Of a stretch of DNA of 64,000 nt, positions 50,472 to 59,270 are shown one piece after another. The notes beneath the pieces were generated by a model. That model ran no database searches, was not told the origin of the DNA, and saw only the letters and a program-made list of their open reading frames with translations. The stretch covers positions 1 through 64,000 of the forward strand of contig JANNWY010000193.1 of the NCBI GenBank assembly GCA_031409335.1, read 5' to 3'. The translations under genes were made by a program, and so were the position numbers. Every line of letters starts with the position of its first letter. The stretch's first letter is position 1. Source of the stretch: Chthoniobacteraceae bacterium (GTDB lineage: Bacteria > Verrucomicrobiota > Verrucomicrobiia > Chthoniobacterales > Chthoniobacteraceae).

Positions 50472-52159
50472 GGCTTCACCTCGCCGCCGCATTCGAGCAT
50501 TTCGCGGCCAAAGTACGGATTGCGGATGGGCGCGGAGAGTTGCATCCATGCGGCTTTGGCGGGCGCGCCGGGGAAGGAGTCGGCGGTCATCGGGCAGCGG
50601 TAGATTTTCACCGTGGCGAATGCCGGATCGCGCGCGCGCAACTGCGCGACCCACGGGACCAGCGCATCGCCGAGCGGCTGGAATGCCTTGCGCGCCATCG
50701 GCAGGTCGGGCGCTTCCCGCAGGTCGAGAGTGCTCGCGACTGCCGGCACTTCGTCGCCGAAAACGGCGGTGAGCCGCGCGCGATTCTCCGCCGCAGTCTT
50801 CGCGAGTTGATTGAAACCGGCGAGGTCATCCGCGGCGAGCCGTTGCGCCAGCGCGTCGGCGAAAACGAAAAATTCCCGCACGGCTTCGCGCTGCGTGTCG
50901 GTGAGATCGGATGTCATTGTCCGCGCGGGCGCCACGGATTCCCCACCCCGATTGAGCTGCGCCTGCGCATCGATCAGCAGGTTGCCATTGGTCACGACGT
51001 TCTCGCCTTCCGCCAAGCCGCTCGCGACCTCGTAAAAGTCGTCACCCACACGCCCGAGCTTCACTTCGCGCGGTTCGTACACACCCTCCGCTTTCACCAC
51101 ATACACTAGCGGATTCGCGCCGGTAGCGAGGACCGCGGATCGTGGCACGGTCAGCGTTTCCGGCGTTTCGACGCGGATCACGCCGTTGGCGTAAACGCGA
51201 TGCAGCAGCTCGTGACGATGCCTCGCGGGGTCGCCGACGTGCGGGTTGTCGATGACCACGCGGATGCGCGCGGTGCGCGTGTCCATCATCACGTTCGGAT
51301 CGATGAATTCGATCGGCGCGGTGTAGGTTTTTCCTGGCACGGTGGGCGTCGAAATCTCGACCGTCTGGCCGATCTTGATCCACGCGAGATCGCGCTCGTA
51401 CACGTCACCGACGAACCACATTTTCGCGAAGTCCGCGATCTCGAAGAGCACGTCGCCCTCCTTCACATACTGGCCTTCATAGACCTTGCGCTCGACGACG
51501 GTGCCCGACTTGGGCGCGAGCAATTCGATGTTGTCGCCGGTTTGCTCGGGGAGCTTCTCGATCTGCGCGAGCGTGAGGCCCATGCGGCGCAGTTTTTGGC
51601 GGCTGCCAGCGAGGCCGGCTTCGCGTTCGGGTGAGGGCGGCTGCTTCAGCGCGAGCAGGTATTCCCCGCGGGCGACGATCAGTTCGCGGCTGAAAAAGGA
51701 GACGAGCGGCTGGCCCTCGGTCACTTCCGCGCCGACGGAAGGCACGAACAGTTTTTCGATGCGGCCCTCGACCGTGGCAGACAGTCGGCGATGCGCGGAA
51801 TCGTCGTCGTCGATCTGTCCAGCGACGTGCAGCGAACGGCGCAACGGCTCGCGCTTCACGGGCGCGGTCGCGACGTGGAGCACGTTGATGCTTTGCGCGC
51901 TGAGCGTGACGAGATTTCCGGCAGCGGGCTCCGCCGCCGCACCTTCGTACACCGGCACGAGTTTCATGCCGCAGATGGTGCAGTCGCCCGGTTTGTCGGA
52001 TTTTATCCACGGGTGCATCGGGCTTTGGTAAAATAGGACACGCCGCTCGGCAGAGGGCGTGGAATCAGGCTTTGCGGGCAGTGTGCGCGCGGCGATCCAG
52101 CCGGCGGTGGCGGCGGCGGCGACGAGGAGAATGGTGCGGATGGAGTTTGGAAAAGACAT
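50468..52159 (-). CDS. cusB: CusB-like RND periplasmic adaptor with heavy-metal-binding N-terminus and DUF3347-like C-terminus
   Basis: YQSPMHPWI...[16 protein letters not shown] core; YRCPM...W.Q....IRNPYFG..MLECG. Confidence 0.9.
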   Translation of the reverse strand: MSFPNSIRTILLVAAAATAGWIAARTLPAKPDSTPSAERRVLFYQSPMHPWIKSDKPGDCTICGMKLVPVYEGAAAEPAAGNLVTLSAQSINVLHVATAPVKREPLRRSLHVAGQIDDDDSAHRRLSATVEGRIEKLFVPSVGAEVTEGQPLVSFFSRELIVARGEYLLALKQPPSPEREAGLAGSRQKLRRMGLTLAQIEKLPEQTGDNIELLAPKSGTVVERKVYEGQYVKEGDVLFEIADFAKMWFVGDVYERDLAWIKIGQTVEISTPTVPGKTYTAPIEFIDPNVMMDTRTARIRVVIDNPHVGDPARHRHELLHRVYANGVIRVETPETLTVPRSAVLATGANPLVYVVKAEGVYEPREVKLGRVGDDFYEVASGLAEGENVVTNGNLLIDAQAQLNRGGESVAPARTMTSDLTDTQREAVREFFVFADALAQRLAADDLAGFNQLAKTAAENRARLTAVFGDEVPAVASTLDLREAPDLPMARKAFQPLGDALVPWVAQLRARDPAFATVKIYRCPMTADSFPGAPAKAAWMQLSAPIRNPYFGREMLECGGEVKP

Positions 52160-52251
52160 GGCATTGGAGAGTTGAAGTGGAGCCGCGTTCCGATGGAGCG
52201 CGGCATGTTTGTGTGCCCGGACGCGGGCACACCACGGGCGTCAAGCCCCTC

Positions 52252-52602
52252 TCAAATGAGCCGGATGCAGGTCACGTCCAGGCGAGGCTGGACGGGCAGA
52301 CGCGCGCGCGTGCGCTGCTGCGTGGACGCTGGCGGAACGACGAATTTCGGCTGCGCACCGAGGCAGACGAGGACGGGGACGACGGCTTGTTTCAAGTCCA
52401 CCGAGCCGGTCGCTGCTGGCGGTGTTTCATCGGTTGGGGCGTTTCCTTTCGCGCAGCAATCCGCGGAGGGATCGGCGCAGCAGTGGCCGCACTCCGTTTC
52501 CCCGCAAGCGGGCGCGCAGCAGACCGGGCCGGTGGCAAGACCGGAGCAGAGCAGAAGCAGCAGGAGCAGGCGGAGAAACATCGGTGTAAAAGATTTCAGC
52601 AA
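52252..52602 (-). CDS. Small Cys-rich exported protein upstream of cusBA
   Basis: Hydrophobic leader; CC..C...C..CC......CC cluster; ends TCIRLI, resembling leader proteins of metal-efflux operons. Confidence 0.6.
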   Translation of the reverse strand: MLKSFTPMFLRLLLLLLLCSGLATGPVCCAPACGETECGHCCADPSADCCAKGNAPTDETPPAATGSVDLKQAVVPVLVCLGAQPKFVVPPASTQQRTRARLPVQPRLDVTCIRLI

Positions 52603-52639
52603 AGACCAAGCTGGGTCAATGGGCGTTCAAAGGTGCTTT

Positions 52640-52751
52640 CGCGCTAAGCGCTCTCGGACTGCGGCGATTCCTTCGCCGCCTTTTTTCCGTTGCGCGGACG
52701 TTATCCCGAAAGCGGCAAAGGAATTGCCGCAGTCCAAGGGCGCTTAGCGCG
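52640..52751. repeat. Long imperfect palindrome (REP-like)
   Basis: CGCGCTAAGCGC...GGACTGCGGCGATTCCTTCGCCGC pairs with GCGGCAAAGGAATTGCCGCAGTCC...GCGCTTAGCGCG. Confidence 0.8.
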
Positions 52752-52943
52752 GCTCCGTCTCGCGCGTCCACTCGGTCCGCTGTTTTAGGAGGTAAAGCAT
52801 CTCACTGGCCATAGTCATCCACCCAGACTGCCGCGGGATCGCGACAACCGATGCGGCGGATATCGCGTTGCGGAAGGAAAATTGCAGCCGTTCGTAGTCG
52901 GCGGAATTCGACTATCGCGGAGAACCGATTCCCAAAGACTAGG

Positions 52944-52993
52944 GATGGTGCGCGGTACAGGGTTCGAACCTGTGACCCCTACCGTGTCAAGGT
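52944..52993 (-). repeat. att site: duplicated 3' part of tRNA-Val (50 bp)
   Basis: GATGGTGCGCGG...CCGTGTCAAGGT is identical to 61338-61387. Confidence 0.97.
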
Positions 52994-52999
52994 GAGGGG

Positions 53000-53905
53000 T
53001 TACACTGTAGCCGCGTCTTCGTTGCCGTTTCGTTGCCGTTTTTCCCGCGCCCACTTCCGCTTCCGGGAGCGAATTGGCGGCTTCGATTCTGCCGATACGG
53101 CCTTCGCGCCGACGATCGCGGAAACACGGCCCTCGTTCTCAATCGGGATGTGAAAGCGAGTCCCGGCAACGTCCACTGTCAGCTCGCGCCTCCACACAAC
53201 CGCCGATGTGGCGAACCCGCGCGCTTGTTCCTCGCCCTGCTTGAGCGTGATGACACCGCAAAGGGGATTCCAAAGCCGATAATGCAATTGCGTGGCCGTG
53301 GCCGATTCATCGTCGCTCCATGCGGGATTGTCTTTCGCCGCAAACGCCGCATTGCCGCGCATCCCGGCCCGCAGCGCTCCCATCACAACGTCGGACGTTT
53401 TAGTTTGTGCCGTGGCATTGCGCAGTAGCGCCGCCGTCGTCTCCTCAATCCCGAACTCGGCGCGCATCTCCTCGATCCATTGCGAGAGGACGCACACGAA
53501 CGCCCTCAGCTTCGCAGGAGTCTTTTTCGTTTCTGAGCTATTCTCTCGGGACGCCCTGAGCATGAAGATGATCGCATCGGAGGCGCGTTTCTCGATGTGC
53601 TCGAATTCCCCATCGCTGTATTCCATCGCCTGCCACGCCTCCCACGTCTCCGACGTGTAGGGCTCGCCATTAAGTGCAACTGGCACGCCATCGGGCTTGA
53701 GTAGTGAGGCCGGGTCAACGCCAGTAAATGCCGCGATGCGGTTTGCCAGCTCTGCCGACATCAGTGACAGATACCCTCTGCTTTCGATGCTTTGGACTGT
53801 AGGACATGAGCATCCAACCAGAGCGGCGAACCCTTGCTGCGTTAGTCCCGTGGCCTTACGCAAGGCTTTGAAGGCTAGCTTTAGATGGGGATTGGTCACA
53901 GGCAT
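53000..53905 (-). CDS. Cro/C1-type HTH transcriptional regulator (putative repressor)
   Basis: LRKATGLTQQGFAALVGCSCPTVQSIES...LANRIAAFTGV; divergent from the xis-rep operon. Confidence 0.8.
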   Translation of the reverse strand: MPVTNPHLKLAFKALRKATGLTQQGFAALVGCSCPTVQSIESRGYLSLMSAELANRIAAFTGVDPASLLKPDGVPVALNGEPYTSETWEAWQAMEYSDGEFEHIEKRASDAIIFMLRASRENSSETKKTPAKLRAFVCVLSQWIEEMRAEFGIEETTAALLRNATAQTKTSDVVMGALRAGMRGNAAFAAKDNPAWSDDESATATQLHYRLWNPLCGVITLKQGEEQARGFATSAVVWRRELTVDVAGTRFHIPIENEGRVSAIVGAKAVSAESKPPIRSRKRKWAREKRQRNGNEDAATV

Positions 53906-53906
53906 G

Positions 53907-53956
53907 ACTTGTATAATACAAGTTTAGTTAGTCACCACAATAACATTCTCGTTGTG
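53907..53956. promoter_or_regulatory. Divergent promoter/operator region (genetic switch)
   Basis: Palindrome ACTTGTAT-A-ATACAAGT (53907-53923) containing TATAAT/TATTAT; second IR CACAA-N11-TTGTG (53936-53956). Confidence 0.7.
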
Positions 53957-53986
53957 ATTACTTACAATGCGCGCCCATTAGTCGTC

Positions 53987-54175
53987 ATGCCAACTAAACA
54001 ATACAGCAACATCGAGCAGCTATCCGAGAAGACCGGCATAGCGAAACGCACTATTCGTTCCCTCTATCAGCAGCGCAAAATCAGCGGGATAAAAGCCGGG
54101 CACCGCACCCTGCTCTTCGATGCGGAAAAGGTCTGCGCCGAACTCGCAAGGTTCGAGGTAAAGGCCGTCCAGTAA
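53987..54175 (+). CDS. Excisionase/AlpA-like small HTH protein
   Basis: 62 aa; IEQLSEKTGIAKRTIRSL...I..IKAGHRTLLFD..KV. Confidence 0.78.
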   Translation: MPTKQYSNIEQLSEKTGIAKRTIRSLYQQRKISGIKAGHRTLLFDAEKVCAELARFEVKAVQ

Positions 54176-54375
54176 TGCGCGCCATAATTAAACCCGTCAT
54201 CCCAAAGATTGCCCACGAGCGCGGATACGTGCCAGTAACCGTCCCTTACCGCCCAAATGAGCGGGACGCCCTACGCAGGGCATTGGAAGGCATGAAGGGC
54301 GTGCGTTACCTCTGCGTCGAGTCAACCAAAGGCCGGGGAATCTCCATTTGGCGTTTAGCCAGTGAAGTGAAGTAA
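54175..54375 (+). CDS. Hypothetical protein
   Basis: 66 aa; TAATG coupling to the upstream gene. Confidence 0.65.
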   Translation: MRAIIKPVIPKIAHERGYVPVTVPYRPNERDALRRALEGMKGVRYLCVESTKGRGISIWRLASEVK

Positions 54376-54421
54376 CCGCAGAACAGAAAGCCGCTTCGCA
54401 TCTATCACGGATTTTTAAGTC

Positions 54422-55258
54422 ATGAATTACACAAAACTTTTCGCATCCATCATCACGTCAACCATCTGGACGGAAGATGACACGACGCGAATCGTGTGGA
54501 TCACAATGCTCGCCAGCGCCAGTAAGGATGGGGAGGTAATGGCGAGCGTCCCGGGACTGGCACGGATAGCCGGGGTATCAATGCAAGCGTGCGAGGCCGC
54601 ACTGAATAAATTCCTATCGCCGGACCCACACTCAAGAACGAAAGACGATGAGGGTCGAAGGATCGAGGTAATTGACGGCGGTTGGCAACTGCTGAATCAC
54701 AAGAAATACCGCGAGATGGCCAGCAAGGAGGAATCCAGAGAGGCGGAAGCGAATCGCAAAGCTCGCTACAGGGCGAAGCTAGCCAGAAACGGAAAGTCCG
54801 GGATGTCCCACAATGTCCCGGACATGTCACATGAAGTCCCAAAAAACCGGCACATAGCAGAAGAAGATACAGAAGAAAAAGCAGCAGCAGCAGCGATCGA
54901 CCTTTTCTCCGATCCCGAAAGCCCCAGCTCGGAAAACGACTTCGTGCAATCATGGAACGCACTCCCAGAGCCGTTCGCCAAAATCCAAGAAATGACCGAA
55001 GATATGGGAACTAAACTCAAGGCGAGGATGGCAGATAGGTTCTGGCGTGAGAATTGGCGAACAGCCGTGAAACAAATCCCGCAAAGTCCGTTCATGCGAG
55101 GGGAGGGCGAAAATGGATGGGTTGCAAGCGCGGACTGGTTTCTTAAACCCGATTCCGTGGATAAAAGCATTGAGGGTAAATACCGCAACGGCGCAGGACG
55201 ATCAAAAGCCCGCCCCAAGCCACTGCCAAGCGCAGCGGACGCCAGAAAGGGGCGGTAA
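54422..55258 (+). CDS. Phage-type replication initiator (replisome-organizer-like)
   Basis: N-terminal YTKLFASIITSTIW...RIVWITML...GLARIAG...PDPHSRT...GRRIE..DGGW.LLN.KYR; C-terminal WN.....PFMRG....GW.ASADWFLK.....IEGKY; internal iteron-like repeats. Confidence 0.72.
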   Translation: MNYTKLFASIITSTIWTEDDTTRIVWITMLASASKDGEVMASVPGLARIAGVSMQACEAALNKFLSPDPHSRTKDDEGRRIEVIDGGWQLLNHKKYREMASKEESREAEANRKARYRAKLARNGKSGMSHNVPDMSHEVPKNRHIAEEDTEEKAAAAAIDLFSDPESPSSENDFVQSWNALPEPFAKIQEMTEDMGTKLKARMADRFWRENWRTAVKQIPQSPFMRGEGENGWVASADWFLKPDSVDKSIEGKYRNGAGRSKARPKPLPSAADARKGR

Positions 55259-55542
55259 TGAAAAGAGCCATGCCCCGACCCACTAAAAAGCAGCTTGCTG
55301 AGTTATTGGATGAGCCCACCCACGAAGGCGTCACGTTACGCCAGCGACTTGAGCAAACGGAAGCCATCCTGAACGCGACTGACTCACGCGGAAGGCTGTG
55401 CGTCACGCGCTCTCAAATCTCCACTTTGCTCATCGGCCTTCGATCCTACGCCGGGAGGCATCCACTGTCAGACGCGATGATTGCGAGGCTAAAAGCCACC
55501 AATGGCCTAGCAGCCAGTCACTTAGTTCAAAGAAGATACTGA
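55258..55542 (+). CDS. Hypothetical protein
   Basis: 94 aa; TAATG coupling to rep. Confidence 0.6.
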   Translation: MKRAMPRPTKKQLAELLDEPTHEGVTLRQRLEQTEAILNATDSRGRLCVTRSQISTLLIGLRSYAGRHPLSDAMIARLKATNGLAASHLVQRRY

Positions 55543-55626
55543 CATATATGTAAGCCGCTCCTGCCGTTACGGTTATTCTCCCGGCGGGAGAAATTCCATT
55601 CACTCACGAACTCATCACCCACTACC

Positions 55627-55983
55627 ATGAAAAAAAGCAGACTCGATCAAATCGTCGGTCCCGAACACTTAACCGAAGACCAAGCGCGGGCGGTAGGTAA
55701 TGCCGTCGTCCGCTTCTTCTATGCTGAATACGAAGCATTCGGACCACGCATCAAAGCCGCTGCCACCGCGCAAGATCGCGATGCGATGGCCGCTCTTCGC
55801 TTAGAGGCAAAGGGGAACACGGCTTACCTTTGCAACTGGAATGCCAGAACTAAAGCGAAGTCGGAAAAGCTGGAACTCCTCGAAAAGTATTGGGGCGACA
55901 CCGCCGATAGCTTGACCGAAGCACTTACGCGAGACTTACCACCAAAGGAAGATTCTGAGGGCGGGGAATGGAAGCAATACTAA
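55627..55983 (+). CDS. Hypothetical protein
   Basis: 118 aa ORF on the same strand as the operon, following a short spacer. Confidence 0.62.
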   Translation: MKKSRLDQIVGPEHLTEDQARAVGNAVVRFFYAEYEAFGPRIKAAATAQDRDAMAALRLEAKGNTAYLCNWNARTKAKSEKLELLEKYWGDTADSLTEALTRDLPPKEDSEGGEWKQY

Positions 55984-55984
55984 C

Positions 55985-56013
55985 TTGACAAGTTAAAAGC
56001 TCTGCCATTTACT
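55985..56013 (+). promoter_or_regulatory. Putative sigma70 promoter for the capsid gene
   Basis: TTGACA-17nt-TTTACT upstream of a ~200-nt structured leader. Confidence 0.45.
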
Positions 56014-56210
56014 CGCATTCAGACAGACGAACCTTCCGTGCCTTATGGGTGCCGTTGGTTTGAAAGTTCGGCAAGCCTCACGCTCGTTGCGCATTCGCGC
56101 TGCCAGCCGCGCCAAAGAGGCAGAAAAGTGCGGCGGCTCTCTCATCCCGGTAGCGGACTACCGGGCACCCTTTCTTGCTCCCGCAAATCAAGCTCCTACT
56201 GAGTAAATTC

Positions 56211-58013
56211 ATGCCTATTCGCACCCTAAAGATACCAGCAACCCTCTACCGCTCGGCGACGATCGAGAGCAAAAAGGGGAAGCTCTCCATGAGCATTTCC
56301 AGTGATGCCCCCTGCCTTCGCGATGACTGGACCGGCGAAAGATATTGGGAAGTTTTAGACCATAGCCCCGGCGGATTCGCCGATACCCGCCTTCGCACTG
56401 GCTTGCCACTCCTGTTTAATCATAACAGGGACCAACATCTAGGACGCGCGAAGGGTTTTCAATGTGACGGCCACAAAATAACTGTCACGGCCCACGTCTG
56501 GAATCGCAGTGCCTTCGCACAGGGAAAGAAGGCGGACATGGAGGCTGGGAGCCTCGTGGACACCTCCATTGGCTACACGATCTTGGACGAGGGAAAGCAA
56601 ATCGGAAGGAAGGATGGACACCCAATCTATCGGTTCAAGTGGGAGCCGCATGAGCACAGCCTTGTAACCGTTCCCGCGGATAGCTCGGTCGGAGTAGGCA
56701 GAAGCCACAATCCCGCCGAGTTCATCGAAATTTCAATTCAAGATAACCAAAACCAAAACCAAATAGATACCAACTATATGCCAGCACCTACAACACAAAC
56801 CCGAGAGAGAATGAGTCACGAACAGCTTCTTGAGCATCAAAATAAGATGCGCCAAACGGTCGCCGGAATCTCGAATCCCCAGTGGCGGGAGCAAGCGTCG
56901 GGATTTATAGACGAGGCAATTCTTAACCAGCAAACCTTCGGCGAGTTTATCGTGCGTTGTCGGGATAGCTTCAAGACCTCCAGCGTGGCGATCGACTGCG
57001 ATACTTACGGATCAAGGGACTTCTTTGAAGCCCGGAACGGCAGTCGGCGTTCAATCGGCGAGCAAATCGCGCGGCATCCCGATATGCTCCAGTTTAGCAA
57101 AGGCGGGAAGCGGGCGGTCGCGTTCGATTTGAAAAACGTCCGTGCGTTCAACGAACTCCGCCAGCGCTCCACAACTACCACGACAAACGCTGGCGTTGTC
57201 ACTGAACAAATGCCCGGCATTCAAGGGATGGCGTTTGAAACACTGACAGTCGCCGACTTGCTCATGCCGGGAGTGACTAGCGGCGGGGCTGTGTCGTTTG
57301 CGAGGGAGGACAGCTTCACAAGTGAAGCGACCACAGCGGGCGAAGCATCACTAGCCACTGAGCAGACGTTCTCTATCTCGCCAGACACGGCCCCGGTAAA
57401 GAAGGTCAGCGCGTGGACCAAGATAAGCGATGAGCTGTTGGCCGACAGCCCGGCCTGCGCGGATCAAATCGGAAACCGCTTAGGGTTTGCTGTGAACAAG
57501 GCTAGCGACCTCCAACTGTTGTCAGGTGATGGCATGGGAACCAATATCAAGGGGATTCTCACAACCGCTGGCATCCAGACGGTTCACAAAGGAGCAGAGT
57601 CCGCGCTTGATACCATCAGGCTTGGGATTGGCGCTATTGATAGCAATTCCGATTACCGCGCAACCGGCCTTGTCATTCATCCAACGCAGTGGACAACGCT
57701 TTCTTTAATCAAGGACACGACGGGCCGATATATCGTTGGACAGGTGTTAATGCCAAACGAGTTCGGGATCATTCTTCGCATTCCTACACTTTGGGGCCTG
57801 CCTGTCTCCGTGTCCAAATCAATGGCTACAACTTCGGTGCTGGTAGTCAGCCGCGATGCCGGGTCCGTATTCCGCAGGCAGGGGTTGAGCGTGGAAGCGA
57901 GTAACAGCAACGAGAACGACTTCCTCAAGGGCTTGATTACCATTCGCGCCACTGAGCGCCTAGCCCTTGCCATCTACAACGCAACCGGGTTCTGTGAAGT
58001 CACCGGCCTGTAG
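56211..58013 (+). CDS. Prohead protease - HK97-type major capsid protein fusion
   Basis: Protease part: EVLDH, PLLFNHN, SIGY, WEPHEHSLVTVPAD.SVGVGRS. Capsid part: PGI.....LTVADLL..G.T, VKKVSAWTKISDELLADS, QLLSGDG...IKGI, KDTTGRYI, LWGLPV, FLKGLITIRATERLALAI. Confidence 0.9.
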   Translation: MPIRTLKIPATLYRSATIESKKGKLSMSISSDAPCLRDDWTGERYWEVLDHSPGGFADTRLRTGLPLLFNHNRDQHLGRAKGFQCDGHKITVTAHVWNRSAFAQGKKADMEAGSLVDTSIGYTILDEGKQIGRKDGHPIYRFKWEPHEHSLVTVPADSSVGVGRSHNPAEFIEISIQDNQNQNQIDTNYMPAPTTQTRERMSHEQLLEHQNKMRQTVAGISNPQWREQASGFIDEAILNQQTFGEFIVRCRDSFKTSSVAIDCDTYGSRDFFEARNGSRRSIGEQIARHPDMLQFSKGGKRAVAFDLKNVRAFNELRQRSTTTTTNAGVVTEQMPGIQGMAFETLTVADLLMPGVTSGGAVSFAREDSFTSEATTAGEASLATEQTFSISPDTAPVKKVSAWTKISDELLADSPACADQIGNRLGFAVNKASDLQLLSGDGMGTNIKGILTTAGIQTVHKGAESALDTIRLGIGAIDSNSDYRATGLVIHPTQWTTLSLIKDTTGRYIVGQVLMPNEFGIILRIPTLWGLPVSVSKSMATTSVLVVSRDAGSVFRRQGLSVEASNSNENDFLKGLITIRATERLALAIYNATGFCEVTGL

Positions 58014-58113
58014 CTTGTCCTAGGCTTTGCTCGCGCCGTTTCATCGCGAGCTTGCACCGACCGCTGGCGGTGGGGTTTACCAGCGGGCTCCCCTTCCTCG
58101 CGGATTAGGGAGC

Positions 58114-58165
58114 GGGTCCTTCCCAAAGGTGAGGGCATTAGCAGGTTCCTCGGGTGCCCTCTGTC
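58114..58165 (+). other. Putative cos-type packaging site (cosQ-like GGGTCCT followed by CAGGTT)
   Basis: GGGTCCT at 58114-58120 matches lambda cosQ, and lies in the non-coding gap directly upstream of the small-terminase-like gene. Confidence 0.55.
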
Positions 58166-58209
58166 GCCGGTTATCACACTTTCCATAGTGGCAACAGCAC
58201 GTCTTTTCC

Positions 58210-58680
58210 ATGAGCCTCCTATCCATAAACCAGCTTTCCAGCCTCACCGGACACAGCCGCGAACACGTAAAACGCTCGCTGTCGGACCTGCCATTTACCG
58301 AGGGCGCGAAGGGTGCGCACCTATACGATGCAACCCGCGTCCTAACTCTCAGGCTTAACGCTCACGGCCAGCTACTTGCCACCGAGCAGGAAAGCAGACG
58401 CAGTTTGAACGAGGCTAAAAAGCGCGTCCTTGAGTTGCAGGAGCAGTCGCTTAGGAAAGAGCGAATTCCGCTCAGTGTAGTGCAGAGAATCAATTCCCGC
58501 GTCTTGGATACAGTCGCCCACATATTAAAATCCCGGCGCGGTAAAGTTCTGGATGAGCACACCATGAAGGACCTATTCCACGAGCTATCCGCCGCCGGGG
58601 ATGGGGTAGATGGCTTTGTGAATCCGCCCGCCTCCATGCCTCCCACTAAGCCAAAGAGTAAGCCACGCCGAAAGAAATGA
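58210..58680 (+). CDS. Terminase small subunit-like protein (Nu1/DUF1441 type)
   Basis: N-terminal wHTH LSINQLSSLTGHSREHVKRSL...G...HLYD; coiled coil; ERIPLSVV motif; sits after the capsid gene and cos-like site. Confidence 0.7.
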   Translation: MSLLSINQLSSLTGHSREHVKRSLSDLPFTEGAKGAHLYDATRVLTLRLNAHGQLLATEQESRRSLNEAKKRVLELQEQSLRKERIPLSVVQRINSRVLDTVAHILKSRRGKVLDEHTMKDLFHELSAAGDGVDGFVNPPASMPPTKPKSKPRRKK

Positions 58681-58862
58681 GCCCGAAAGACGACCGCCGC
58701 TGCGAGCGCCTGCTCCTAAAGATGTTCGCGGAAGTCATCCGCGAAATCTTCAAAACGCCGATTCAGTGGGATTCCGAGCCATCCATTGCCAGCGCCGTTA
58801 AGCGCAGCGCACCGCCACGGCTCACGAAAGGCAAATCCAAGGGGATGGGTGCGCCCCGGTAG
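58677..58862 (+). CDS. Small hypothetical protein coupled to terS
   Basis: 61 aa; ATGA overlap with the terS stop codon. Confidence 0.45.
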   Translation: MSPKDDRRCERLLLKMFAEVIREIFKTPIQWDSEPSIASAVKRSAPPRLTKGKSKGMGAPR

Positions 58863-58937
58863 CAATCAAGGGCCGTGGCGGGCATCCTCGCGCAAAGCGA
58901 TCATCTCAGTTCGCCCGTATTGGAGCCATGCCAGCCT

Positions 58938-59270
58938 TCACCTTGGCGGGCATTGGAAACATTCCATCACCTTGCGAAACAGCGGCAGCCTTCGCGCCGT
59001 CGAAACCACTCCGCGCCGGGCACCGATGAACTCCCGGCGAATCACGTAGAGATGATCGCACCGAACCGCCGTTGCGTTGTCCAAACCGTCTGCTTTATCC
59101 AACACGAAATGGATCGCCTTCGGTTGGAAATTCGGGCGCACCGAGCGGCAGAAAAGCCCGTTCACTTCCGCAAAGTCCGCATTCTCAGCGCGGGCGGGAT
59201 TCGAGAGAATCAGAACGGGGTGACTTCCTTCCTTCTCGAAAGGGTAGTCATAGATTTCCCATTGCCTCAC
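58938..59270 (-). CDS. PemK/MazF-like toxin
   Basis: RQWEIY..PF....HPVLILSN...GLDNATAVRCDHL..I.......RGVVS; GTG start overlaps the upstream stop (GTGA). Confidence 0.75.
   Translation of the reverse strand: MRQWEIYDYPFEKEGSHPVLILSNPARAENADFAEVNGLFCRSVRPNFQPKAIHFVLDKADGLDNATAVRCDHLYVIRREFIGARRGVVSTARRLPLFRKVMECFQCPPR

Noticed and set aside
52944..52993. Second functional tRNA-Val
   Set aside because: It lacks the 5' acceptor strand and D-arm; it is the att duplication.
52993..53060. Integration-dependent immunity (attP inside the repressor gene)
   Set aside because: The repressor stop at 53000 lies inside the element, just before the att core, so recombination would not change the protein.
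56211..58013. Encapsulin nanocompartment
   Set aside because: It is fused to a prohead protease and flanked by terS, a cos-like site and an integrase; no cargo enzyme is present.
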